Shown here one piece after another: positions 46,585 through 58,432 of a stretch of DNA of 64,000 nt. The position numbers were made by a program, and so were the translations under genes. Origin of the DNA: Perkinsela sp. CCAP 1560/9 (lineage: Eukaryota; Protista; Euglenozoa: Kinetoplastea); NCBI GenBank assembly GCA_965644495.1, contig CBFFSA010000020.1, forward strand, positions 62,001-126,000. The letters run 5' to 3'. Below the pieces are notes generated by a model. The model was given only the letters and a program-made list of their open reading frames with translations. It ran no database searches and was not told the origin of the DNA. The stretch's first letter is position 1, and every line of letters starts with the position of its first letter.

Positions 46585-48471
46585 TAATCGGGGGTAGAGC
46601 GGTTTTACAACCACCGCAATGTGCTCTAACTGTTGCCTTATCAAATTTTCCGTGCATTCAAAATGTTTTTCTGACATGTTTTTACATATTGCTGCACTTT
46701 TTCGCCGTGATAGTACGCTTGTTAGTGGGGAAGAAGCGCGAGATGATCGGCTGAAGTTCGCCGGAGAAAACCCGGCGATTTAGGCCTTCTTCAAAGGGCA
46801 TATTCAAGCCCTTTTAAATATGGCCGCGCAGTGGGAGCTTTTAAATATGCGGGACCCGCAGTGGGAGAGAGCGGCCCGTCTCTGGTACCTGGTCTCCCCG
46901 ACCTCGGAGCCTAAGCTCCAGTGCTTGAGTCGTCCCATACGTTGAGGATGGCCGAGGCCAATAAACGGCGCACTCCCGACGAGATGGCGCTCGTTAGGGG
47001 GATGAAATCCAACCCCCCGGCCTTCACCACATAATGTGTGAGATCCTGGGCCCGGAGACCAGGCGGCGGTACAAGACTGGTGCCTCTGCGGTGTACGCGG
47101 GTAGCTCGGCGGCGGGTTTAAGGGGGAAAACATTGAGATATACTTTCAAAAGATCAAAGGATCATTTTTTAGAGAATCTTAGAAGTCACTCATGCTGCGC
47201 GCTTCGCGTTCAAAACTACCACCGCGTTTAACGAAGAGCCTAAAAAAGAAAATTCGGCCTGGACAGCTAAAGTAAAACAAAGATTATAGCCAAAAATAGC
47301 CGATTTTAGGGTAAAAATGGGGTGACCGCAGCCCCTCAAATGGCAAGTCATTAAATGGACAAGTCAGACGTTTTGAAGAAAACTAATAAAAATTGTGAAA
47401 ATTAAAAATTTGTTTTATTTCTCCTACAAGGAAACGGTCTCAGAAACGCGCACACCCAAGGATATCAGGGCGATCACAACACCTTCGAAAATTGGTTTCC
47501 CACTCTGTTTAAAACCTCTTTTACTCATGCGTGCATTAATTTTCTGTTCAGACAACCTCAGCACCACATCCACCACAGTCCTCACCCCGCCCATTCACCC
47601 CTGCCCGTCCAACAACCCCCGCCCGCTCAGTCTCGCCAACCAGCCAGCCTCCCGAGCCAAATCTCTCCTACTGGGGATTGGCTCATAAAGGACCAAATCT
47701 CTCTTACTGGGGGGGCACTTACTGGGGGGTCTACGGCATCTTTGGAAAGCATTCTCATTGATTTTTATAATCATAAATATGAATTTTCTTTTTTGTTACA
47801 CCGCAGACCCCCCCAGTAATAGAATCGATGGGTACAGACCACTTATATTGTACCCACTTTCAAAATAATGATATTAATGCACTTAAATGCTTTCTTGCGC
47901 AGCGTAATTTTACACACTTTACCTCACTTCCTCCTTCCGCTTACTTTACGTCAAAAAATATTGCAGCATGCTTAAAATTGGCCACAGAAAAAATGCTTAA
48001 AATGCACAGATAAAATGGCTATGGGCAGATAAACTGCCAATGGACAGATAAAATACCACAAAAAAAGCCTGGCGTCGGTACCATCTGAACTACATGGCAG
48101 TGACGGGGAAGACCGCTAGTGGGTCCCGACCATGCTTCCCCATGTTAGGGCTGTGGAAAATATCGAGAAGACTCCTAGTTTACCTGTCTGGATGTAAGGC
48201 ACAACTTTGAGCGTAGCCCACGTCTGTGAGCAAAGCCCAACTGTGAGCGTAGCCCTGAGACAGAATTATATTTTAGCGCCCCCGCTCGCTGCAGCGAGCG
48301 GGGTCACGTACTGAGAACCAACGTTTTCCCGTTCCGCAGGGAAGGGGTGTACTTGTTTTCCTATGTTGTGTGACCGGGCGTGTGTTTCTGCTCCACCGGC
48401 ATTATTATAATTTCGATTTAAACCACCGTCCAGTTTACCATACCTACTTAACTAAGTAACTTTAGTAATTA

Positions 48472-48565
48472 CCGTCCCCCCTTTTTAGTGTTTAGTAGAA
48501 TTGAGCAAATTTAAACACTAAGTAGGGGGTGGGGCAAGGTACTAAATAGTAAATAGGGGGGGCGG
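48472..48565. mobile_element. Small TA-flanked MITE
   Basis: TA|CCGTCCCCCC...GGGGGGCGG|TA. Confidence 0.5.
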
Positions 48566-48728
48566 TACTAGTAGGAATTATTTTTTTTCAGTCCTTTTTC
48601 GTCACCCCCCCTTATTATGGGCAAGCCGAAAAAGTGTCCATAATAAAGGGGGAGGTCACTGTATGTAAATCCTCCTGCCCATACAATGTATTAAACGACG
48701 AAATGTCCAATATTTCAGCTACGAAAGG

Positions 48729-49523
48729 ATGACAAAACCACAATTTTTCACAAAAAAATTTTACATTTCCCCTTTTTTCATGTTTCCTTCGTATCTTCCT
48801 ACCCCTCGTGGGTTTCACAGTGTGGACCCAAGCCCCCCAGCCCCATCGAGTGCTCGACCGGCCAAAGTCCGTGGGGTGAGCCTCCCGGAGGAGTACTTGC
48901 TCGTCCATTTCATCTCTAACCTCTCCAATCCGCACGCGAGCTGGAGTACGCACGTCCCTGCGTGCTCGTGGCACGAGGTTCGTTGTGGTTCGGAGAAATT
49001 TGTCGAGGGCGTCCACTGGGGACGACGCCTGTTTCAGGCGGACGCCTTCGCCTCCCCCCTGGAGGGGTCGGTGTGCTGGGAGACACCCTTCCCGCCCCAT
49101 CTTACCCACGTGGAGTTGTTTAACCACCATTTAGAAGGAAAAATCAGTTTTTCGTTTTTTCCTGCAACGCTTACCTACCTTGTGGTGAGTCGAAACCGTT
49201 TGGCGGGAGCAGTCGAACTCGATCACCTCCCTCCTTGCCTTGTGGAGCTGAATTTAGCGAGTAACTTCTTTAGTGGAATGTTGGATCTCACAGGACTCCC
49301 TAGGACGTTAAAGTCGCTGCACCTCGGGCGAAATCGATTTTCCGGACCGGTACAATTGGATGCACTGCCGCCGAACCTTCTTGAGCTGCTGTTGTATGAG
49401 AATCCGATAACCGGGGAGGCTGATTTTTGTAAATTCCCCCCGAGTTTGCAGCGACTGGGTCTTGTGCGCACGCGAATCAAATATTTAAATGAGGACTCCT
49501 CCTATCGTTTCGTGTTGGTGTAA
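48729..49523 (+). CDS. Leucine-rich repeat protein (alternative start 48780)
   Basis: PAKVRGVSLPEEY..SW..PACSWHEVRC cap; 23-aa LRRs. Confidence 0.9.
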   Translation: MTKPQFFTKKFYISPFFMFPSYLPTPRGFHSVDPSPPAPSSARPAKVRGVSLPEEYLLVHFISNLSNPHASWSTHVPACSWHEVRCGSEKFVEGVHWGRRLFQADAFASPLEGSVCWETPFPPHLTHVELFNHHLEGKISFSFFPATLTYLVVSRNRLAGAVELDHLPPCLVELNLASNFFSGMLDLTGLPRTLKSLHLGRNRFSGPVQLDALPPNLLELLLYENPITGEADFCKFPPSLQRLGLVRTRIKYLNEDSSYRFVLV

Positions 49524-49762
49524 TAGGAAGAGAAAAATGTATGGGCGCCCGACATATTGTACAAAAAAAAGTGTGCGCATTTTTTTGAGTATAAAAAGAA
49601 TGAGTACATGTTTTGTTCATTTTTTTTTCAATTCTGATTTAGACCGCAGTTGGATGGATTACGAGAAATAACCATTTTTTGACTATGTTCCACTGCGTTC
49701 ATCCCGAAACAGTTTATCTCATATCATTGTTTTAACGTGCGACAATGTCTTAGTAAATAGAG

Positions 49763-51454
49763 ATGATTTATATTTATCCTATGAATCTCAAAACCGAAAC
49801 GCATGATGAACAATCACCCCCTATAAAACGTAGGAAATTACATCAAGACATTGCGAGTAACAGTAAACCTTTTGATCATTCGAGTCGTCCTGGCAAAATA
49901 CGTGGGACAGTTCTACCACAAGAATATGAGCTGGAACGACTTGTGTCGGACGTACTGTACCCTGAACCATCCTGGAACATATCCACACCTGCGTGCAATT
50001 GGGCAAGAGTATTTTGTAACGAACAAGGAGAGGTGACAGAAATTATGTGGTACACTGACTCAGACTTCGCCATCGGGCGATATTCTGGAACATTGCATTT
50101 GGCTCATCTTCCCAGAACCCTTTTGCGAGTATCCGTGTCAGCCAACGACTTTTCTGGATCCGATTGTCTAGACAATTTGCCGCCAAATCTGACCTACCTT
50201 GATCTCAGTTTCAACGAGTTTACTGGTACATTAAACCTTTCTTTGTTTCCGCCAACGTTGCGACTAATTGATTTGCAACATAACTTCTTTGAAGGTGGCA
50301 TAGATTTCGGTAGCCTCCCGGCGGATTTAAAGGTATTGCAAGTGAGTAGAAATTGGTTTTTTTCAGGCACCAGCCAATCTGACCAGGGCATGAATCTTGG
50401 TGCACTTCCGATTCACATGGAAGTTTTTAGTGTTACACAAAACAAATTTTCAGGAAAGTTATACCTCAATAATTTGCCGAACTCGCTTATGCGCCTCCAT
50501 GTTGGGCGGAACGAACTGACGGGGACGCTTGATTTGCAAGGTCTGCCATCATCACTTGCGTTCATAGATCTATCACATAACCAATTTTATGGTTCGCTCC
50601 AGTTTGATTCCCTTCCAAGTAACCTTACCTCATTTCTCGCGTCGGCCAACAACTTTACGAGCGTGTCGAGTCTAGACAAGCTACCGAACGGAGTGGCCGA
50701 GTTGAATCTCTCCGCAAATGAGTTGACCGGAACGTTAGACTTACGACACTTACCCGACAATCTTAGGGACCTTAATCTTTGGTGTAACAGGTTCACAGGA
50801 GAGATCGATCTTCGATTCCTACCTACTTTGCTTAATCGCCTCCTTTTAGACCGCAACAAGCTATACGGGTCATTGGATCTCAGTGCATTGCCCGAAAGAT
50901 TGAATCTGCTGGACATCAGCAATAATAAGTTTGTGGGCCCTTTTAATTTAGGCGCATTTCCACCCTCACTCGAGATTATACGAATCGCACGCAATCATTT
51001 TGTGGGTAAGCTTCAACTCAGCAATTTGCCCAAATTTTGCCTTGAATTTATCGCTAGCCATAACAGGTTTTCAGGTGCGCTCGATTTGCGAAATATGCCG
51101 GGAGAGCTCGAAACCCTAAAACTTGATCACAATCGTTTCGGCGGCGTCCCCGATCTTACCTCTCTCCCTGGAGGTCTTGAAACCCTTTTACTCGACCATA
51201 ACGGTTTGGAGGGAAAGATCGTACTACGAGATTCGCTCCCCGATCGGATATCGACCTTAACGCTAAACGTTAACCCCAAGCTCCGTGTAGCCCTCAAGTG
51301 CGTATCCACCCATGGCTGTGTAAATATTAAGTTTGACGCCAATCCTATGGGGGTTGTCAAGGATCAGGGAAAAGACGAAGAAGAAGATGGTGAGGACGCG
51401 AGCCGTAAGCCGAGCGCTGCGACCTGCACGCTTACGCTTACTGCCTACGAATAG
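49763..51454 (+). CDS. Leucine-rich repeat protein, 563 aa, ~17 repeats
   Basis: PGKIRGTVLPQEY..SWNISTPACNW cap; regular LPxxLxxLxLxxNxFxGxLDL repeats; PPIKRRK NLS-like motif. Confidence 0.93.
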   Translation: MIYIYPMNLKTETHDEQSPPIKRRKLHQDIASNSKPFDHSSRPGKIRGTVLPQEYELERLVSDVLYPEPSWNISTPACNWARVFCNEQGEVTEIMWYTDSDFAIGRYSGTLHLAHLPRTLLRVSVSANDFSGSDCLDNLPPNLTYLDLSFNEFTGTLNLSLFPPTLRLIDLQHNFFEGGIDFGSLPADLKVLQVSRNWFFSGTSQSDQGMNLGALPIHMEVFSVTQNKFSGKLYLNNLPNSLMRLHVGRNELTGTLDLQGLPSSLAFIDLSHNQFYGSLQFDSLPSNLTSFLASANNFTSVSSLDKLPNGVAELNLSANELTGTLDLRHLPDNLRDLNLWCNRFTGEIDLRFLPTLLNRLLLDRNKLYGSLDLSALPERLNLLDISNNKFVGPFNLGAFPPSLEIIRIARNHFVGKLQLSNLPKFCLEFIASHNRFSGALDLRNMPGELETLKLDHNRFGGVPDLTSLPGGLETLLLDHNGLEGKIVLRDSLPDRISTLTLNVNPKLRVALKCVSTHGCVNIKFDANPMGVVKDQGKDEEEDGEDASRKPSAATCTLTLTAYE

Positions 51455-51891
51455 AAAAATGCGAGGGGAGGTGTGTTTGGACAAAAACATACCTTAGTAC
51501 GAATCGTTTTTTGATCTTGTGAATAAAGATTTATTTGCCTAATGGTCGCAAATCGTGGTACGAACTAATGAGAAATCAGCATGTTTTTATTATTACAGAA
51601 GTAACTGCAACCGTAACTCTTTGTACATAACCCTTGTATATACAGAAACAACCCTTTGTACATACTGAACCCTTTGTTTATAGAGAAACAACATTTGTAC
51701 ATGTAGAACCCTTTGTATATACAGAAACAACCCTTTTAATCAATCTTACCGCAATAGGTGAAACATTGTGATTCATGAACCGGGGTGTACCCTTTTTAAC
51801 TCCACAGACACATTTCCATAACGACCACCTTTATCTCCCCTATGCTTTAGACCTTTTATAATTTATCTTCGTCTCTTCTTACCCATTTCTC

Positions 51892-52203
51892 ATGGTGAAC
51901 TTTCCCAAGAAGAAACGTATGCATTGTCCGAAATGCGACACCCACAAGGAGTTTAAGATCCAGCAATACAAAGCGGGGAAGCCCTCGCTGTATGCCCTGG
52001 GGAAGCGAAGGTACGACGCCAAGCAACGGGGGTACGGAGGGCAGACCAAACCCATTCTGCGCAAGAAGTCAAAAACGACCAAGAAGATCACGCTTAAAAT
52101 GCAGTGCACCTCATGCAAGCGCATTGTGCAGAATATCCTGAAACGTTCCAAGCACTTTGAGCTCAACGACAAATCCAAACAGAAGGGAGGCGTCATGTGG
52201 TAA
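51892..52203 (+). CDS. RPL44: 60S ribosomal protein eL42 (L44/L36a)
   Basis: [12 protein letters not shown]...[26 protein letters not shown]...C..C; no intron; pyrimidine-rich upstream. Confidence 0.97.
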   Translation: MVNFPKKKRMHCPKCDTHKEFKIQQYKAGKPSLYALGKRRYDAKQRGYGGQTKPILRKKSKTTKKITLKMQCTSCKRIVQNILKRSKHFELNDKSKQKGGVMW

Positions 52204-52495
52204 GAAGGGGGATAAGCGAAAAGTAAAAAAAGTGATTCAAAGGATGATTTATACCTTTTCTAAGGCATAAGAAAAGAAAGGTTGTGCATAAAAAAGCTAG
52301 AGGAGAGGATAATGACAAACATTTGTATCGAACACTTATTGTACACGAAAGAAGTTAAAAGAGATTTTTTTTTTCACAAAAACACTAATTCTAACCCATC
52401 ATTGTATAGATTAAAAACCGTACAGTACATATAAAAAGAGCTCAATCTTTAAACCTTAAAACCCATCTTCTATTCCCCCCCCCCCCCCTCCCTCC

Positions 52496-52978
52496 ATGAA
52501 ACCCGAACTCTCCCTCCAATACCTCGACGAGTGGATGCTCCGTTGGCGTCGTTTCCAAACCCGCCAGGACTGGGAAATTGAAAAAAAAGCCCAAGCCCTA
52601 CGCCAGCGGAACTACCTCCTCACCGCCCTCCTCACCCTAGCCCTCGGGGTCTACACCGCTGGGCGGGACACCGTCCACCGCTGTTTCGGCCCCCCCCACT
52701 TCTTTGACGTCGGGGTCGATGCCGCGATGAAGAGCCATCTAAAGCGATTCCTCCTCAGCCACGCCCGGTTCTGCCCCAACGGGTACGGCCGCCTCCTTGC
52801 GGTGTTCGCCCCCCCCTACGTGCTGTGGGCGACGCTGCAGCACCGCGCGGAGGTGCGGCGGTGGGGGGCGTACGTGGGGGCCGGGACGGTGTTTGGGGAG
52901 CAGGCCAGGGGGATGGAGAGGACGGGGGTGGTGGAGGAGTTTAGCGCGGTGAGGGGGGAGGGGGGGAGGGGGGAGTAG
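52496..52978 (+). CDS. Kinetoplastid-type mitochondrial ATP synthase accessory subunit (ATPTB6-like)
   Basis: QYLDEWMLRWRRFQT..DWEIEK, PHFFDVGVD, P.GYGR, TVFGEQ.R..EE recalled from the Trypanosoma protein; identity from memory, not searched. Confidence 0.7.
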   Translation: MKPELSLQYLDEWMLRWRRFQTRQDWEIEKKAQALRQRNYLLTALLTLALGVYTAGRDTVHRCFGPPHFFDVGVDAAMKSHLKRFLLSHARFCPNGYGRLLAVFAPPYVLWATLQHRAEVRRWGAYVGAGTVFGEQARGMERTGVVEEFSAVRGEGGRGE

Positions 52979-55900
52979 GGGGGAGTAGGGGGTAAAAGGG
53001 AGGGATAGGGGGAAGAAGAGGAAGGAAGGAATAAAGGATAGGGTAAGAATGTGGGTGTTGTGTGTGTGTGTAGATTTTATAGGAAAAACGTTTTTAAAAG
53101 GTGTCATCAAAAGGTTCGTTTAGGGTTAGGGGGGTTGGTTTGTAAGAAAAGTATCCTGTTACACAAAGAACCCTTTTTTGGCAAAATGTATTGATTGGGA
53201 AGCAAAGGGAATGAGGAGGAATTCTAGGTAAAATTGTAGATAAAACTGGATTTGCATGACACAATTGGAGATGCACCCCTATAAATGTCTTGCATTTTGT
53301 TCGATTTTGAAAATCTGTTGTCTACCACCGTTTTTCGACCCATGTATTTGTTTCGACCCATTGTATTGTGGGCGACGCTGCAGCACCGCGCGGAGGTGCG
53401 GCGGTGGGGGGCGTACGTGGGGGCCGGGACGGTGTTTGGGGAGCAGGCCAGGGGGATGGAGAGGACGGGGGTGGTGGAGGAGTTTATCGCGGTGAGGGGG
53501 GAGGGGGGGAGGGGGGAGGGGGGGTAGGGGGTAAAAAGGAGGATAGGGGGAAAAGAGGAAGGAAGGAATAAAGGATAGGGTAGGAATGTGGGTGTTGTGT
53601 GTGTGTGTGTGTGTGTAGATTTTATAGGAAAAAGGTTTCATAAAAAGGTTCGTTTAGGGTTGGGGGGGTTGGTTTGTAAGAAAAGTATCCTGTTATAAAA
53701 AGAACCCTTTTCGGTAAAATATATTGATTGGGAAGCAAAGGGAATGAGGTAGAATTCTAGGTGAAATTGTAAATAAAACTGGATTTGCATGACACAATTG
53801 GAGATGCACCCCTACAGATGTCTTGTATTTGGTTCGATTTTGAAAATCTGTTGTATACCACCGTTTTTCGACCCATGTATTTGTTTCGACCCATTGTATT
53901 GTGGGCGACGCTGCAGCACCGCGCGGAGGTGCGGCGGTGGGGGGCGTACGTGGGGGCCGGGACGGTGTTTGGGGAGCAGGCCAGGGGGATGGAGAGGACG
54001 GGGGTGGTGGATGAGTTTAGCGCGGTGAGGGGGGAGGGGGGGAGGGGGTTGTAGGGGGGTGTAGGGGGGATAGGGGGGATAGGGGGAAAAGAGGAAGGAA
54101 GGAAAAAATATAAACGATAGGGTAGGAGTGTGGGTGTTGTGTGTGTGTGTGTAGATTTTATAGGAAAAAGGTTTCATAAAAAGGTTCGTTTAGGGTTGGG
54201 GGGGTTGGTTTGTAAGAAAAGTATCCTGTTATAAAAAGAACCCTTTTTTGGCAAAATATTTTGATTGGGAAGCAAAGGGAATGAGGGAGAATTCTAGGTG
54301 AAATTGTAAATAAAACTGGATTTGCATGACACAATTGGAGATGCACCCCTACAGATGTCTTGTATTTGGTTCGATTTTGAAAATCTGTTGTCTACCACCG
54401 TTTTTCGACCCATGTATTTGTTTCGACCCATTGTATTGTGGGCGACGCTGCAGCACCGCGCGGAGGTGCGGCGGTGGGGGGCGTACGTGGGGGCCGGGAC
54501 GGTGTTTGGGGAGCAGGCCAGGGGGATGGAGAGGACGAGGGTGGTGGAGGAGTTTATCGCGGTGAGGGGGGAGGGGGGGAGGGGGTTGTAGGGGGGTGTA
54601 GGGGGGATAGGGGGGATAGGGGGAAAAGAGGAAGGAAGGAAAAAATATAAACGATAGGGTAGGTGTGTGGGTGTTGTGTGTGTGTGTGTGTGTAGATTTT
54701 ATAGGAAAAAGGTTTCATAAAAAGGTTCGTTTAGGGTTAGGGGGGTTGGTTTGTAAGAAAAGTATCCTGTTACACAAAGAACCCTTTTTTGGCAAAATGT
54801 ATTGATTGGGAAGCAAAGGGAATGAGGGGGAATTAGGTAAAATTGTAGATAAAACTGGATTTGCATGACACAATTGGAGATGCACCCCTACAGATGTCTT
54901 GTATTTTGTTCGATTTTGAAAATCTGTTGTCTACCACCGTTTTTCGACCCATGTATTTGTTTCGACCCATTGTATTGTGGGCGACGCTGCAGCACCGCGC
55001 GGAGGTGCGGCGGTGGGGGGCGTACGTGGGGGCCGGGACGGTGTTTGGGGAGCAGGCCAGGGGGATGGAGAGGACGGGGGTGGTGGATGAGTTTAGCGCG
55101 GTGAGGGGGGAGGGGGGTAGGGGGGAGTAGGGGGGAGTAGGGTGTAAAAGGGAGGGATAGGGTGAAAAGAGGAAGGAAGGAATAAACGATAGGGTAAGAA
55201 TGTGTGTGTGTGTAGATTTTATAGGAAAAAGGTTTCATAAAAAGGTTCGTGTAGGGTTAGGGCGGTTGGTGTCTAAGAAATATATCCTGTTACAAAAAGA
55301 ACCCTTTTCGGTAAAACATATTGGTTGGAAAACAAAAGGAATGAGGGGGAATTCTAGGGTAAATTGTAGATAAAACTGGATTTGCATGACATAATTGGAG
55401 AGGTACCCCCACAAATGTATGTACCCCTATAAATGTCTTGTATTTTGTTCGATTTTGAAAATCTGTTGTCTACCACCGTTTTTCGACCCATGTATTTGTT
55501 TCGACCCATTGTATTGTGGGCGACGCTGCAGCACCGCGCGGAGGTGCAGCGGTGGGGGGCGTACGTGGGGGCCGGGACGGTGTTTGGGGAGCAGGCCAGG
55601 GGGATGGAGAGGACGGGGGTGGTGGAGGAGTTTATCGCGGTGAGGGGGGAGGGAGGGAGGGGGGTGTAGGGGGGAGTAGGGGGTAAAAGGGAGGGATAGG
55701 GGGATGAAGAGGAAGGAAGGAATAAAGGATAGGGTAAGAATGTGGGTGTTGTGTGTGTGTGTGTGTGTAGATTTTATAGGAAAAAGGTTTCATAAAAAGG
55801 TTCGTTTAGGGTTAGGGGGGTTGGTTTGTAAGAAAAGTATCCCGTTATAAAAAGAACCCTTTTTTGGCAAAATATTTTGATTGGGAAGCAAAGGGAATGA

Positions 55901-56691
55901 GGGGGAATTCTAGGGTAAATTGTAGATAAAACTGGATTTGCATGACACAATTGGAGAGGTACCCCCACAAATGTATGTACCCCTATAAATGTCTTGTATT
56001 TTGTTCGATTTTGAAAATCTGTTGTCTACCACCGTTTTTCGACCCACGTATTTGTTTCGACCCATTGTATTGTGGGCGACGCTGCAGCACCGCGGGGAGG
56101 TGCGGCGGTGGGGGGCGTACGTGGGGGCCGGGACGGTGTTTGGGGAGCAGGCCAGGGGGATGGAGAGGACGGGGGTGGTGGAGGAGTTTATCGCGGTGAG
56201 GGGGGAGGGGGGGAGGGGGGAGGGGGGGAGTAGGGGGTAAAAGGGAGGGATAGGGTGAAAAGAGGAAGGAAGGAATAAAGGATAGGGTAAGAATGTGTGT
56301 GTGTGTGTGTAGATTTTATAGGAAAAAGGTTTCATAAAAAGGTTCGTTTAGGGTTAGGGGGGTTGGTGTCTAAGAAATATATCCTGTTACAAAAAGAACC
56401 CTTTTCGGTAAAACATATTGATTGGGAAACAAAGGGAATGAGGGGGAATTCTAGGTGAAATTGTAGATAAAACTGGAATTGCATGACACAATTGGAGATG
56501 CACCCCTACAGATGTCTTGTATTTTGTTCGATTTTGAAAATCTGTTGTCTACCACCGTTTTTCGACCCATGTATTTGTTTCGACCCATTGTATTGTGGGC
56601 GACGCTGCAGCACCGCGCGGAGGTGCGGCGGTGGGGGGCGTACGTGGGGGCCGGGACGGTGTTTGGGGAGCAGGCCAGGGGGATGGAGAGG
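52825..56691 (+). repeat. 8-copy tandem array (~525-555 bp) of the gene's 3' end plus downstream flank
   Basis: TGTGGGCGACGCTGCAGCACC at ~52825, 53367, 53900, 54437, 54976, 55515, 56071, 56594; units carry G-tracts, (TG)n and TTAGGGTT(A/G)GGG. Confidence 0.95.
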
Positions 56692-57118
56692 AATCTCGGG
56701 CGGCCACGCTTACAGACTTGCCGGCATCTATACTAGCACATAGGTTGTTTTTTTGCTGTATGGTAAGATCCACCCGAACCTTCCGCGGCTGCTCAGCAAG
56801 CTGGTTAGATGCATTCAATATTAATGCGGTGGATGGCGTAGCTGAAGTATCATCGGGGAAGGGCAGTACGGCAACAGTTTCGTGTGGCAACGGTGAGGAT
56901 AGAGTCACTTGGCTCGCGTTAAAGAATAGAAGTGGTGGGGCCATCGTGTATTGAATAAATATTGAAATCAATGAAAATTTACAATTTCTGACCTGGGTTA
57001 ACTATCATCACAGAGTAGGAATCGGGGGAAAATTCTGACACCCCCCTTACTTCACCACATGCGGAGTGGCTAAATGTGGTGAAGTAAGGGGGGAGGTGAA
57101 GTAAGGGGGGGGTAACGG
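56692..57118 (-). pseudogene. 5' remnant of a pogo-like element (N-terminal HTH) abutting the array
   Basis: RVDLTIQQK....IDAGKSVSVAARD resembles a psq/CENP-B N-terminal HTH; TA|CCGTTACCCCCCC terminus. Confidence 0.45.
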
Positions 57119-57466
57119 TACATTATTTTTTTAATTCTTTTAATAAGACATAGCCCGTCTAAGGGATAGTACGTACTATCCCCTCTAAATTAAATCTCAC
57201 TGCCCACCCCCCTGCTTATTTGTCAGTTCTGGGAACAGATAGTAAATTCTCCCCCCTTACTGTTGAAAAAGCCACACTAAGTTTTTCTTTCAAAGCTACC
57301 TTTTTTTCAATTATTGTTATGATTATAATTATAATTATCTGTTATGAAGCGGGGACAAGTCAGAGGCAATGACAATACAAAGATATCACTGATACAATGT
57401 AGTACAGGGCGGTTTATTTATTTAAGATTCTTTCTTTACAGTCATTTCATTACTCAAAATTAGTTA

Positions 57467-57816
57467 AACGGGGGTCCAGTTTCGCATACATGTGACCTCG
57501 TACCATACCGGGGGGGGGGTATGGTATCGTGACTCGTGGTCGATAGCATACCCCTCCTTGTTTTTTCAGATAGAGAAGGTGTGATGTCCCACGTAGATCA
57601 TAACTCTATGGAGCATTATTCGTTTGTTTACTATTTATCGCGTTTTTTCACTTCTATAATTTTTACTGGTGATATTTTTAACCCCTACTGGTAACTTTTG
57701 CTGGTAATCACTTTTTTAACATTTTATCCAAACAACTTACCATACCTGTGACCTGATACCGTACCTGTGACCTCGTACCATACTGGGCGGGGGGTATGCT
57801 AAACCGGACTCCCGTT
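57467..57816. mobile_element. 350-bp MITE with pogo-like termini
   Basis: TA|AACGGGGGTCCAGTTTCGCATAC ... GTATGCTAAACCGGACTCCCGTT|TA. Confidence 0.7.
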
Positions 57817-58432
57817 TAACTCATTCTTTAGTATAACAGGCCGAGAGTAACTAATAGAAAAAATATTCACACTCGAAGTCGGTACTAGGTGACTTGTCCT
57901 CCTAGATGACATATCCGATTTTGGCCCCTTTTTTCCACTTTTGCGGGGATATGTGAGGGGGGGGGGTGACGGTATAGTGCAAGTGCCCAAGTCGATATAA
58001 TATAGTGCAAGCAGCATAATGTATCGATTTGATAAAAAGGAGTCAAAATAATTACACCGACGCGCATTGCAATAACATGAAAAATTAATATGGGGAAAAA
58101 GTGTAGTCCTGATTGTTGTTGTTAGACGCATCGAATAAAGCATGGAAAAATCCTCCGCCTTGTCGTGGTGCTCTGGCTTATGATCGCAATAGGTGAGGGG
58201 CTGCGGGTGACGTTAACCGCGGTCTCGCACGGTCTCGGCGCGGTCTCGCGCGGTCTCATATTTGTAAAAGGGTATAATGATATTTTAGAGATTGTCAAAT
58301 AGTTTTCGTTTATAGTATACGTCTAAGCAATTTCAATCGCAATTTCGTCTACGCAATTTCAATTGGAATAAATAGAGCGATGTTGAACACAGACCAAGAC
58401 TGATATTAAAAGATCAATAAAACTAAACGAAT

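Noticed and set aside
46664-47131. Solo LTR (TGTTTT...AAAACA with AATAAA)
   Set aside because: No matching TSD and no second copy in the window
53119-53131. TTAGGG repeats as a telomere
   Set aside because: Only two units per repeat and internal; no telomeric tract
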